Positions 26,789 to 36,778 of a DNA stretch of 64,000 nucleotides are shown in pieces. Location: positions 96,001-160,000 of the forward strand of contig JAUVNS010000004.1 in the NCBI GenBank assembly GCA_030599585.1, in the 5' to 3' direction. A program made the translations under genes and the position numbers. The notes below the pieces were generated by a model, which was given only the letters and a program-made list of their open reading frames with translations, made no database searches and had not been told where the DNA came from. This DNA is from Promethearchaeota archaeon (lineage in GTDB: Archaea; Asgardarchaeota; Lokiarchaeia; Sigyniarchaeales; SOKP01). How positions within the stretch are numbered: position 1 is the stretch's first letter; each line of letters starts with the position of its first letter.

Positions 26789-28144
26789 GTGATAAAAATG
26801 TCGGCTTCCTTAGAACAATTATTAAGAGATGCGAGAATCGATTTAGTTTTAGCGAGAATAGAAAAAGATTCTACTGTTATTGAAGAAGTTATTAGAAATG
26901 TAGAAAACGATATACGTTCTATCCGCTTTAATTCAATATTTGTTCTCGGTGAATTAGGAGAGAAATCCGGTGAAAGGGCAGTACATAAAATTACTGAATA
27001 TATAGAAGATGACGATTGGAGTATTCGTCGAGAAGTAGCAAGATCACTTGGAAAAATTGGAAAAATGGCAAGTTCTTCAACCAACGAATTATCTAAATGT
27101 TGTTCTGACGATGAAGATTCAATTAGACTTGCAGTGGTTACCTCGCTTGGCAAAATTGGTTTTGTTTCAGAAGAAGTTTTAGAAACTCTTAAAAATGCAT
27201 TGAAAGATAAAAACGAGCAAGTACGAATTGAAGCTGCAAATGCGTTAGGTTTGTTAGGCTCCGAAGCATACGAAGTAATACCTGATTTAATGAGGAGCGT
27301 TAGCGATCCAAGCTGGGCAGTAAGAACATCTTCAGCTCGAGCTATGAGTGGTATTGGTAAAGGTACAATTAAAGCAATTCCTACTTTAGTAAATGCACTT
27401 GACGATAAAGATTGGCGTGTACGATATCATATTGTTAATACTCTTAGAGAAATTGGTGAAGAATCCATTTCTCACTTAATAAATGCGCTGGATCATAAAA
27501 ATTTCGTTGTAAGAAAAGAGGCTGTAGATGCTTTAGGAGAATTAGGAATAATAACTCCAAAAGTTATTAAAAAATTGGCTTTAATGTTAAAAGATTCGAA
27601 CGAAAATGTAAGAGGAAAAGCTGCTAGTTCTCTTCGAAACTTAGGTAAAGAAACAGTCTCAGCTTTAATTGGAGCAATTAAAATCGCCAGTACGAAGATG
27701 AAAGTGGTCATAATTTCTGCGATTGGTGGGATAGGCGAAGAGGCAAAAGAAGCCATCCCCGAATTAATACACTTGTTAAATGATAACAAAGCTACTGTTC
27801 GAGTAGAAGCGGCTAGAAATTTAGGGTTAATTGGCGTAGATTCAGAAGAAGCGCGAATAGCCCTAGAAAAATCTTTACAAGATTCAAAAACTATTGTCAG
27901 ACGAGAAGTAGCTCTTTCGCTTGGAAAAATAGGTTCTATAGCAAAGAAAGCAGTTCCATCTTTGCTAATGGCATTAGAAGATAAACAGCCGGATGTTCGT
28001 TGGAGAGCTTCAGAAGCTTTAGGAAAAATTAATGTAAATACACCAGAAGTTATATCAGCCTTAAAAAATCTAATTCATGACAAATGTGATTATGTGTGCG
28101 AATCTGCCGATTTCGCAATTGACAACATCACAGAAAATATTTAA
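26789..28144 (+). CDS. HEAT/PBS-lyase repeat protein
   Basis: About 12 repeats of L.D....VR..A..ALG.IG. Confidence 0.9.
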   Translation: MIKMSASLEQLLRDARIDLVLARIEKDSTVIEEVIRNVENDIRSIRFNSIFVLGELGEKSGERAVHKITEYIEDDDWSIRREVARSLGKIGKMASSSTNELSKCCSDDEDSIRLAVVTSLGKIGFVSEEVLETLKNALKDKNEQVRIEAANALGLLGSEAYEVIPDLMRSVSDPSWAVRTSSARAMSGIGKGTIKAIPTLVNALDDKDWRVRYHIVNTLREIGEESISHLINALDHKNFVVRKEAVDALGELGIITPKVIKKLALMLKDSNENVRGKAASSLRNLGKETVSALIGAIKIASTKMKVVIISAIGGIGEEAKEAIPELIHLLNDNKATVRVEAARNLGLIGVDSEEARIALEKSLQDSKTIVRREVALSLGKIGSIAKKAVPSLLMALEDKQPDVRWRASEALGKINVNTPEVISALKNLIHDKCDYVCESADFAIDNITENI

Positions 28145-28224
28145 ATTTTAACTTATTTTATTTCAGAGATATATTAAAAGAAAAAAGAAATTAACTAATA
28201 CAATCAAAAAGGACGGTTAAAATA

Positions 28225-29910
28225 ATGAGTGAAAATCCATATGCTGCCAAACCTTGGTTAGCACATTACGATGATAATGTTCCTCCACACATAGATTATC
28301 CTAATATGAATATTTACGAATTTTTGGATAATTCTGCAAAAGATTTTGGTGGTCGAACAGCGATTTGGTTTATGAAAAACAAAATTACTTATAAGAAATT
28401 TAAAGACATAGCTGACAGACTCGCAACTGCTCTCGTTGGATTAGGAGTAAAGAAAGGCGATGTGGTTGCAATAATGGTACCTAATTTCCCCCAATTTATT
28501 TTCAGCTATTATGGGATATTAAAAGCGGGAGGAATAGTTACTGCTTGTAGCGTCCTCCATACAGAACACGAATTAGCATACCAATTAAATGATTCTGGAG
28601 CAGAGGTAATTATAGTATGGGACAACCAAGTCGAAAAAATAAACAACATACGAGATAGAACCCGATTGAGGCATGTAATAATCACAAATGTATTTGATTA
28701 CACAATGATGGCACCAAGAAACCCTCCTGAAATCGCGGGAACAAAACAATTTATAAATCTCATCAATAATACGAAACCTAATCCTCCACATTTCGAAACG
28801 AATGCAAAAGAAACTATAGCATGTTTGCAATATACTGGGGGCACAACAGGACTCCCTAAAGGAGCAATGCTTACTCATTTTAACATAGTGTCAAATTGTA
28901 TAGCTACTCACAAATGGTTAGGCGCGGAAATTAAAAGAGGCAAAGATACTACTCTTACCAACCTACCATTATTCCATATTTATGGCCAAACAGTATGTAT
29001 GAATATCGTGATATACAATGGCTCAACCATTGCTTTAAATCCAGACCCGCGGGATCAAAAATCGTTATTCGAAATTATTAAAGCAACGAATCCAGCAATG
29101 TTTCCAGGAGTGCCAACGATGTATATGCGTTTATTAGAGCGGGATGATTTAGAAGATTATGCTAAAGATATGAAATCGATAAGAATATGTAACACAGGAG
29201 CAGCCCCCATGCCTCCTGAAGTTCTTAAAGAATTTGAAAAGAGAACTGGTGGTAAAATTCTTGAGGGTTATGGGCTGACAGAGACATCACCGGTAGCAAC
29301 TACAAATCCTGTAATAGGAGAACGGAAGATAGGTTCTGTTGGAATGCCAATTTCTGACACGGAACTAAAGATCGTAGATCTTGACGATTATACAAAAATT
29401 GTACCTCTTGGCGAATCGGGTGAAATTATGATCAAAGGACCTCAAGTTATGAAAGGTTATTGGAACAAGCCTGAAGCTACTGCTAATCAAATAAAGGGCG
29501 ACTGGCTTTTAACCGGAGATATCGCGATAATGGACGAAGATGGCTATTTCTTTATAGTTGATAGGAAGAAGGACATGATAAATGTTAGTGGATTTAAAGT
29601 ATACCCAAGAGAAGTTGAGGATGTATTATTTGAATACGAAGCTATTGAAAATGCTGCCGTAATTGGGCTTCCTAATCCGGATATACCCGGTAGTGAAAAA
29701 GTAAAAGCTTTCATTGTACTTAAAGATGGATTCAATGAATCTGAAGAGCTTAAAGCTGAAATAAAAGAATTTTGTAGACAAACTGTAGCTCCTTATAAAG
29801 TCCCAAAATTTATAGAATTTAGAAAAGAACTTCCTGAAACTCTCGTTGGTAAAGTCTTAAGAAAAGATCTGAAAGATATCGAAGCCCGAAAGCGAGGAGA
29901 AGAAGTCTAA
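28225..29910 (+). CDS. fadD: Long-chain fatty acid-CoA ligase (AMP-binding)
   Basis: QYTGGTTGLPKG, EGYGLTETSP, TGDIA, DRKKDMI, GKVLR. Confidence 0.9.
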   Translation: MSENPYAAKPWLAHYDDNVPPHIDYPNMNIYEFLDNSAKDFGGRTAIWFMKNKITYKKFKDIADRLATALVGLGVKKGDVVAIMVPNFPQFIFSYYGILKAGGIVTACSVLHTEHELAYQLNDSGAEVIIVWDNQVEKINNIRDRTRLRHVIITNVFDYTMMAPRNPPEIAGTKQFINLINNTKPNPPHFETNAKETIACLQYTGGTTGLPKGAMLTHFNIVSNCIATHKWLGAEIKRGKDTTLTNLPLFHIYGQTVCMNIVIYNGSTIALNPDPRDQKSLFEIIKATNPAMFPGVPTMYMRLLERDDLEDYAKDMKSIRICNTGAAPMPPEVLKEFEKRTGGKILEGYGLTETSPVATTNPVIGERKIGSVGMPISDTELKIVDLDDYTKIVPLGESGEIMIKGPQVMKGYWNKPEATANQIKGDWLLTGDIAIMDEDGYFFIVDRKKDMINVSGFKVYPREVEDVLFEYEAIENAAVIGLPNPDIPGSEKVKAFIVLKDGFNESEELKAEIKEFCRQTVAPYKVPKFIEFRKELPETLVGKVLRKDLKDIEARKRGEEV

Positions 29911-30001
29911 TCTCGTTAAATTTATCTTTTTACATTTTTTTGTGTTTTTTTAACTTAATTTATTTCTAAATCAAATCTTTATTTGCGCTTATAAAAAGAT
30001 T

Positions 30002-30589
30002 ATGCACACTAACGAGATGCTATCGGAAGTTAGAACTTTTGCATACAATAATTCTGAGAAAAATGACATACACGGTTTTATGCATGTCGAGCGAGTACTA
30101 AAATTAAGTTCAGAAATAGGAACAGTTTTAAACGCAAATTTACCCGTAATTAAAATTGCCGCTTTACTTCATGATGTGGGGAGATTTCTCAAAAAAAATG
30201 ATGAAGTGAGAAATCACGCTGAAATATCAGCTGATATCGCTGAAAATTTTATAATGAAAAACAACTTTAACATTGCCATCGAAGATGTTGAAAATATTCT
30301 CCATAGCATTCGAGCTCATTCATTTTCTAATGATTTGGAACCTAAAACTCTCGAAGCTAAAATTCTCTCCGACGCAGATAAATTGGATGCGCTAGGAGCA
30401 ATAGGTTTATACCGAATTATTGGGTTTACAATATTGAGGAATGGGGGTTTAGACGATGTAATTGAACATCTTGAGAATAAGATTTTGAAACTTAAAAATC
30501 GACTTTATTTGGATATTTCTACAGAAATTGCTAATTCTCGTGAAAAATTAATAATTAAATTCTATAATGAAATAAAAGAACAAAAATAG
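30002..30589 (+). CDS. HD-domain phosphohydrolase
   Basis: H..HVERV, ALLHDVG, HAE, DADKLDALGAIG. Confidence 0.9.
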   Translation: MHTNEMLSEVRTFAYNNSEKNDIHGFMHVERVLKLSSEIGTVLNANLPVIKIAALLHDVGRFLKKNDEVRNHAEISADIAENFIMKNNFNIAIEDVENILHSIRAHSFSNDLEPKTLEAKILSDADKLDALGAIGLYRIIGFTILRNGGLDDVIEHLENKILKLKNRLYLDISTEIANSREKLIIKFYNEIKEQK

Positions 30590-30750
30590 AAATCTAAATT
30601 TAGGATATCTTTAGAATCATATTCAATAGAATAGTGAATCACCAATGATCATTCATTGTGACAAAGAAATAAAATCAAGCTTATAAATAATTAGAGTGCA
30701 ATAAATACAACATACGGGTTTTTTTGAACAATATTATATAGGTGAATGAA

Positions 30751-30906
30751 ATGAAATGTAAATGTGTAGAATTTCCATTAAAAGCATCTAAAGCCGAACC
30801 TAGAATTAATGAGTGGTTAGAAAATAATAGCAACCTAAATATTAAATTTATTAATCAAGCAGTCGTGAACGGAATAAGAAGAGTTTGTTATTATTACGAA
30901 GATTAA
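30751..30906 (+). CDS. Small hypothetical protein (51 aa), absent from the ORF track
   Basis: GGTGA RBS at 30741; MKCKCVEFPLKASKAEPRINEWLENNSNLNIKFINQAVVNGIRRVCYYYED. Confidence 0.6.
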   Translation: MKCKCVEFPLKASKAEPRINEWLENNSNLNIKFINQAVVNGIRRVCYYYED

Positions 30907-30968
30907 GATTAATCTTTAATTTTTTTTTTTAAAAAAACATCTCTCAGTATTAATCAAAACCCCCCGTC

Positions 30969-33470
30969 TTATTTTAGGTATTTCCCTGTAACTGATTTCG
31001 TATTCGCAATTATTTCTTGAGGTGTACCCGTAGCAATGATTTCTCCTCCCTTAGGTCCTCCTTCAGGTCCTAATTCGATAATGAAATCTACGTAGGATAA
31101 AATTTCTGGATCGTGTTCTATAATGACGACGCTGTTTCCTTCTCGAACTAGTTGATCTAAAAGATCCATTAATTTAATAGCATCATAAAAGGATAAACCA
31201 ACTGTAGGTTCATCTAAAATGTATAACGATTTTGTTTTTCTAGCTCTTCCAAGTTCTTTAGCAAGTTTTACTCGTTGCGCCTCTCCGCCACTCAATGTTG
31301 GAGAAGGCTGTCCTAATGTTATATATCCCATTCCAATATCTTCAAGTATCTGTAAAATATTTGATATGCTCGCATCGGATGCAAATAACTTCGCCGCTTC
31401 TGAAACAGTCAAATTTAATACATCTGAGATTGAACAATTTTTATATTTTACTTCCAATATTTCTGGCCTATATCTAAGCCCATGGCATTCCTTACAGACG
31501 ATGTTAAAACTACTCAAAAACGAAATTTTTAGATCTTGTTCACCGGTACCTTTACATGAGAGACATCTTCCTTTATCAGAATTATAAGAAAAGTGACCTG
31601 CTGTATATTTGCGTTTTTTCGATTCAGCCAGTTTTGCAAATTTATTTCTAATTTTATCCCAAATTCCGATATATGACGCGGGTGTAGATGTTTTAACCCT
31701 TGAAATTGGTTTTTGACTGACAACTATAACTTCATCTAGAAATTCCCAACCACTGATCATTCCAGAATATTCTAGAAGTTCATCACCATTTTCTTCTTCA
31801 CCATTATCATTATTTTTATTTGTGGCTTTAACTGCGCCTCGCTTGAAAAAAGGTTGCAATAGAGGGACTAAAGTATCCAAAATCAGAGAGCTTTTTCCGG
31901 AACCAGATACCCCCGCAACTCCTACCATCATGCCTAAAGGGATTTTGATTTCAATATTCTTTAAATTATTAGTCTTTGCATTCTTAATAGTTAGAAAATT
32001 AGTTGACTTGTCTATAAATTTCTTTAAATTCTCTGGTTTATCTGGTAATGATAATTTTCCATTAAGAAATTGTCCTGTATAGGAATTACTAACATTTTTT
32101 AGCTCATCTATTGTTCCTTGGAAAACTAATTCTCCACCATTTTTTCCTGCACCTGGACCAATGTCAATAATCTCATCAGCTATTTCAATAAAGCGTTTAT
32201 CATGTTCTACAATTATAATCGTATTCCCTAAATCTTTCAATTTCTTCAACAATTCTATTAATGAGTCTTTTTCTCGTTCATGCAAACTCATACTTGGCTC
32301 GTCCAGGATATATATTAGAGAATCAATACCTGCATCTAAATGAGTCATTAACGACAATCTTTGGAGTTCACCACCACTTAGTGTGGGTAATGGTCGATTT
32401 AAATTAATATACGATAAACCTACACCTCTCATACTTCTTAGTCCTTTGATTACAAGCTCGCTCATATTCTTTCCTTGAATCGTTTTTATATTATTTTTTT
32501 TCAATTCTTTTAGAAAAGAGATCAATTGGTCGATAGGCATCTTTGCTAACTCGCCAATATGTTTATCTCCAATTTTTACACTTCTAGCTTGTTCGTTTAT
32601 TTTATATCCCTCACATTCAGCACATTTTTTTAAAGACATGAAATTTTTATGAATCTTATCTCGTCGATATACACTCTTTGATTCTGTAAGAGCACGTTTT
32701 ATATGAGGGATAATTCCTTCAAATACTCTTTCTAAAATCCCCGTAAAGGTTTTCGAGTCCCAATCAAAAGGTAGTATTTTCCCACTCCCATACAAAAATA
32801 TTTGTTTAATATTTTCAGGTAAATCTTTATATGGCGTATTTATGTCAAAATCATAAAACTTTGGAAGTTGCTCTACAAATCTGATTTGATCACCAAATAC
32901 TGGTGAACCGGCTTTAGTAATTTGAATAAGATTTCTATTATAATCTTGAACAATTAAATCTTCAGTCAGATGCATTTGATAACCCCGTCCTTTACAGGCT
33001 AAGCACATCCCACTTGGTTCGTTGAAACTGAAGTGCTTAATCTCCAAGCGATCTACTACCATACCACAAATATCGCACTCAAGATTTTGATTTACTGGTT
33101 CTTTACAAATAGGACAAATTAATTTCCCTTCTGTCGCATATAACATCCTCAGAAGATTATATAACCTGGTTTTTGTTCCGACTGTAGAACGAGGATTAAA
33201 TACGCGAGTTGTTCTTTGTTCCACTGCTACAGTAGGACTTAATCCTTCAATTAAATCAAACGGTTTTTCATCTTCAAACTTTGGAGGAAACCCAATAGAT
33301 TGTAAATATCGATTCATTCCTTCGTCAAAAATAATGTCAAAAGCTAAACTTGATTTACCTGAACCTGATACGCCTGTAATTAGGATCATTTTTTTTTTAG
33401 GGATTTCTACATTCAAATCCTTTAAATTATGGAGTCTTGCTCCTACTACTCTTATTTTATCCATTCTCAT
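30969..33470 (-). CDS. uvrA: UvrA-like ABC ATPase (short, class II/DrrC-like)
   Basis: Two GVSGSGKSS Walker A motifs, two LSGGE signatures and Zn-finger CxxC pairs. At 833 aa it is shorter than NER UvrA, and no uvrB/uvrC is nearby. Confidence 0.85.
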   Translation of the reverse strand: MRMDKIRVVGARLHNLKDLNVEIPKKKMILITGVSGSGKSSLAFDIIFDEGMNRYLQSIGFPPKFEDEKPFDLIEGLSPTVAVEQRTTRVFNPRSTVGTKTRLYNLLRMLYATEGKLICPICKEPVNQNLECDICGMVVDRLEIKHFSFNEPSGMCLACKGRGYQMHLTEDLIVQDYNRNLIQITKAGSPVFGDQIRFVEQLPKFYDFDINTPYKDLPENIKQIFLYGSGKILPFDWDSKTFTGILERVFEGIIPHIKRALTESKSVYRRDKIHKNFMSLKKCAECEGYKINEQARSVKIGDKHIGELAKMPIDQLISFLKELKKNNIKTIQGKNMSELVIKGLRSMRGVGLSYINLNRPLPTLSGGELQRLSLMTHLDAGIDSLIYILDEPSMSLHEREKDSLIELLKKLKDLGNTIIIVEHDKRFIEIADEIIDIGPGAGKNGGELVFQGTIDELKNVSNSYTGQFLNGKLSLPDKPENLKKFIDKSTNFLTIKNAKTNNLKNIEIKIPLGMMVGVAGVSGSGKSSLILDTLVPLLQPFFKRGAVKATNKNNDNGEEENGDELLEYSGMISGWEFLDEVIVVSQKPISRVKTSTPASYIGIWDKIRNKFAKLAESKKRKYTAGHFSYNSDKGRCLSCKGTGEQDLKISFLSSFNIVCKECHGLRYRPEILEVKYKNCSISDVLNLTVSEAAKLFASDASISNILQILEDIGMGYITLGQPSPTLSGGEAQRVKLAKELGRARKTKSLYILDEPTVGLSFYDAIKLMDLLDQLVREGNSVVIIEHDPEILSYVDFIIELGPEGGPKGGEIIATGTPQEIIANTKSVTGKYLK

Positions 33471-33482
33471 TCATTACCCATT

Positions 33483-33926
33483 TTATTTTAAATTTGGATT
33501 TAATTTATTGCCACAATCAAAACATTCAGCATCGTGGACGCAGATTTCTCCACCACAGTCCGGACATTGATATAACTTTTCTTTTTCTTGAATCCATTGT
33601 TCAAATCCAACCTCTTGAAGTCTCTTCAGATTCTTAACCAGGCTCACACCATACCTTTTAGAATATAGCTCATCAATTCTTTTCAGGTTTGAACATGGAA
33701 AAGTGTCGCATTCGTAACAGAACTCAATTTCATTTTTTCTTATTAACGCACATTCTTTTTTTATGAAGGCACAATTTTTATTTCGAATCCTACAGCCTTT
33801 GCAACCCTGTTTATACCCTCTTTCTTCTAAGATATCTTTTTTCAATAACAAATATGATCTACATGCTCCGCAATAAATTCCGCATGGAGCTGCTAAATTT
33901 TTTTCATACATTTTTTTTCTCTTCAA
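33483..33926 (-). CDS. DUF3795-like Cys-rich protein
   Basis: APCGIYCGAC, CKGC, FCYECDTFPC and a C-terminal CPDCGG...CFDCG. Confidence 0.8.
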   Translation of the reverse strand: MKRKKMYEKNLAAPCGIYCGACRSYLLLKKDILEERGYKQGCKGCRIRNKNCAFIKKECALIRKNEIEFCYECDTFPCSNLKRIDELYSKRYGVSLVKNLKRLQEVGFEQWIQEKEKLYQCPDCGGEICVHDAECFDCGNKLNPNLK

Positions 33927-33939
33927 ATTTTGAGTTTAT

Positions 33940-34965
33940 TTAATTTATTAAACTGTAATATCTTTTTAACACTTTTAAAGCGTTCAATGTGATCCACTTG
34001 CTTTCTTTACCTATTTGCTCGACTCTTACTTGCATCCGCCCATTAAATGATTTTTCTAACTTCCAACGGCCACTCTTATCTTGTTTAGATATAACTAAAT
34101 CGAAAGCATCGCGCATACGATCGTCTTTATATCCTAATCTTGTTAATATATCTAAAACTTCCAAGGCATCAATTTTCCACATTAATGGAAAACCAAATTG
34201 AGTCCACTCTTGCTTAGCTATAACATCCTGATCATGACTTTTTTTGTATATGCGGTGTTTTAGCAGATAATCTACTGCTCTATTAATTATCTCTACAACT
34301 TTTTTTGATCTAATATTAGGAGGAATTTCTGAAAGTGCTTTCAAATTTTTTACAATTCCCATATGACATGTGTGTTTTCCCCAACATTTTTCCTTTTTCT
34401 CGTAAGGCCAACCACTTGGAGACTTGTCTATTCCATCATCGTATCGTTGAAAATTCAAAATACATTCAATTCCATTTTGAACCCTTGAATCCTCCAAATA
34501 TCCAAACTTTATAAGAGCCCATATCATATTACCTGTTAAACATGGGATTACTAAATCAGCAGTACCTCCATTATCATCACTGCCACGAGCAGAAAACCCG
34601 CCACTTGCTCGATGTTGGGAAATATTAAGAATAAATTCGCAAGTTTGTCTGATTCGTTCATCGTTTGCATCCGCATTGAGTTCTGCTAAGAGTATAAAAC
34701 TCCATATTGTTCCTTTATATTTAGCTTTAATGTAAAAATTATTACGGTTTAACCAATATTCACCATCTATTTGTTTGCTAAGAATTTTAGGGACAAGTCC
34801 AGATTTCATGATCTCTTTTTTTGCTGAGATTACCTCTGCATTATCTTCAGGTTTATTTAGTATTTCAGTTAAAGTAAAAAATCGAACTGAAGGATTACTT
34901 TCTTCTAAAAGCCAATCTATAGGGTCCTCATTTAACAAAGATTTCCAAGCATTCATTTTTTTCAC
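33940..34965 (-). CDS. Prenyltransferase/squalene-cyclase-repeat (alpha/alpha toroid) protein
   Basis: Repeated Q...GG(F/W) motifs (KQIDGEYW, SQHRASGGF, KQDKSGRW) and SKWITLNAL. Confidence 0.7.
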   Translation of the reverse strand: MKKMNAWKSLLNEDPIDWLLEESNPSVRFFTLTEILNKPEDNAEVISAKKEIMKSGLVPKILSKQIDGEYWLNRNNFYIKAKYKGTIWSFILLAELNADANDERIRQTCEFILNISQHRASGGFSARGSDDNGGTADLVIPCLTGNMIWALIKFGYLEDSRVQNGIECILNFQRYDDGIDKSPSGWPYEKKEKCWGKHTCHMGIVKNLKALSEIPPNIRSKKVVEIINRAVDYLLKHRIYKKSHDQDVIAKQEWTQFGFPLMWKIDALEVLDILTRLGYKDDRMRDAFDLVISKQDKSGRWKLEKSFNGRMQVRVEQIGKESKWITLNALKVLKRYYSLIN

Positions 34966-34982
34966 TTTTGGTTAAAAACGGT

Positions 34983-36122
34983 TTAGATTTTTAGTTTGTT
35001 TAATTTATTAAACAAAATTTCTTCCTGGTTAAGAATATCATAAGCAATATGCTGTAGTTCTTCTAAATTGATAAAATTTAGGCACTCATCCTTGTATTCT
35101 TCTGCTGATTCCTTCAAAGTGTCTGCGATCGCAGTCCAATTATGTGCAGACTTACTAATAATGGGAATGCACTCTTCAATAATTCTGAAATCTTCGCTTT
35201 TCCATGCTTTAGGACCTTCTTTAATCTCGGGATGATCTAGTAATTCTTCTAGGAAATTTCTATATAGATTACGAAAACTTGACCCTCCAGTGCCCCAAGT
35301 TTCAATATATCCATGCAATAGTTCAAACATTAATCTCGCACGGGAAATCGGTTTACCTAGCGGATCTTTTGCTAATCCCTGCAATTTTTTATCCCACTGA
35401 GGAATAGATGCTGCGAATTGTTTTAACCCTTGAACCCCGTTATTGTTTACGGATGGACGCAACATGTTGTCTACCACTTTTTTAATAGCAACTTTTACTC
35501 CCGCTGCTAAAGGTGGATGTTTTCCGTCAGGTCTTCTTACCATGGAAAATTGGGCATTGCTCGGATGCATGAATTTCGGACCGTGCTCAGAACTTCTTGC
35601 TTGTTTTAATTTTTCTATCGGGACTTCTTGGAAGCCTTCAAATTCTGAATCACCTACAAATGCCATACCATTCTCATCATTATAACCTGCTAAAGTTATT
35701 GCATGTCCTCCAAAATGAATTTCTCCCTCCCTTTCAAAATAGGGCAAATATCCCAGATCGGCTTTGAGGATTAAAGGTATATTTTGGGTTAACATCTTTT
35801 TTGACTCTTCCCATGCTTTATTAGCGCTAGAAAAAGACTGCTTCCTTAATGTGATTCCTAATAATCGACAAGCTAGAGAATTTGGTTCAATTGTTCCCTG
35901 CTTTCCTCCAAGAAAAAAAGGAATATCTGATTCAGGTATAAATGAAACACTATTGGTGGTATCGAAAAATCCGAATCCCATCGTAGCATCTAAACCAAAT
36001 GCCATAGGCTCCGACATAGGAAAACCATGAAATTCAAACATATCTCTCATTGAGGATGATTCACAATGATAACCAATTCTGTGAATAAAATCATTTACTA
36101 GGCATTTTTGAGCTAATTTCAT
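34983..36122 (-). CDS. BtrH-N/DUF4872-like papain-fold protein
   Basis: G.HCES (Cys), LPYF, HFGGHAITLAGY (His), GTGGSSFR.LY..FL. Confidence 0.78.
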   Translation of the reverse strand: MKLAQKCLVNDFIHRIGYHCESSSMRDMFEFHGFPMSEPMAFGLDATMGFGFFDTTNSVSFIPESDIPFFLGGKQGTIEPNSLACRLLGITLRKQSFSSANKAWEESKKMLTQNIPLILKADLGYLPYFEREGEIHFGGHAITLAGYNDENGMAFVGDSEFEGFQEVPIEKLKQARSSEHGPKFMHPSNAQFSMVRRPDGKHPPLAAGVKVAIKKVVDNMLRPSVNNNGVQGLKQFAASIPQWDKKLQGLAKDPLGKPISRARLMFELLHGYIETWGTGGSSFRNLYRNFLEELLDHPEIKEGPKAWKSEDFRIIEECIPIISKSAHNWTAIADTLKESAEEYKDECLNFINLEELQHIAYDILNQEEILFNKLNKLKI

Positions 36123-36663
36123 CTCCCCCGTCGATTTTTTCTATAACCCATTCCATAAATAAAATATCAGTTTCAAGTATTTTTATTGGATGAATAAATA
36201 ACCCTGAAACATTTATCGGAAAATTAGGATTGACCTTGAGCATATTTTCCAACTCAAGCTTATGTTTTTTCATTGTCTCTATTGAATAAGAAAAAGCTTC
36301 AATCATTTGCTCCGTGCTCAAGAGTGGAAGCATAGAAAAAGCGACATAAAAATCCTCATCATTTTTACCAATAAATCCCTTAATTACGTTATAAACCTTC
36401 TCCTTTAGTATTTTTGCACCATAATCTGTAATTGTGTATACTTTTCGCTTCCGATGATCCACTTCTTCTTCATAATGTTCTACTAATTTTATATCCTCAA
36501 GTTCTAGAATTACTCTATATATTGAAGATTTACCTATTGCTGTCCATTCTCTCATTCCTCTTTCATCTATTCGTTGATTGATACTATATGCATGACTAGG
36601 TGTTTCTGCTACCAATCCTAGAATAACAAATTGCTTATGACTTATTTCTTCCATCATTCTCAT
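36091..36663 (-). CDS. PadR-family transcriptional regulator
   Basis: VILGLV..PSHAY, SSIY...LE, RKVYTITDYG. Confidence 0.88.
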   Translation of the reverse strand: MRMMEEISHKQFVILGLVAETPSHAYSINQRIDERGMREWTAIGKSSIYRVILELEDIKLVEHYEEEVDHRKRKVYTITDYGAKILKEKVYNVIKGFIGKNDEDFYVAFSMLPLLSTEQMIEAFSYSIETMKKHKLELENMLKVNPNFPINVSGLFIHPIKILETDILFMEWVIEKIDGGDEISSKMPSK

Positions 36664-36672
36664 TTTTCCTAA

Positions 36673-36710
36673 TATTCTTAAATGAGAGTATATATTCTCA
36701 TATGAGAATA
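36673..36710. promoter_or_regulatory. Tandem palindromic operators, likely PadR sites
   Basis: Perfect 18-bp palindrome TATTCTCATATGAGAATA (36693-36710) and an imperfect copy TATTCTTAAATGAGAGTA (36673-36690), just upstream of padR. Confidence 0.7.
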
Positions 36711-36778
36711 ATCAACATAATTATATATATGTTTTCCCGTTCAATAATTTTTAATTCAGCTATTCATACATTAAAACC

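Noticed and set aside
33940-34965. Nitrogenase-related or true squalene cyclase function
   Set aside because: There is no P-loop or NifH motif and no DxDD catalytic motif. Only toroid repeats are evident.
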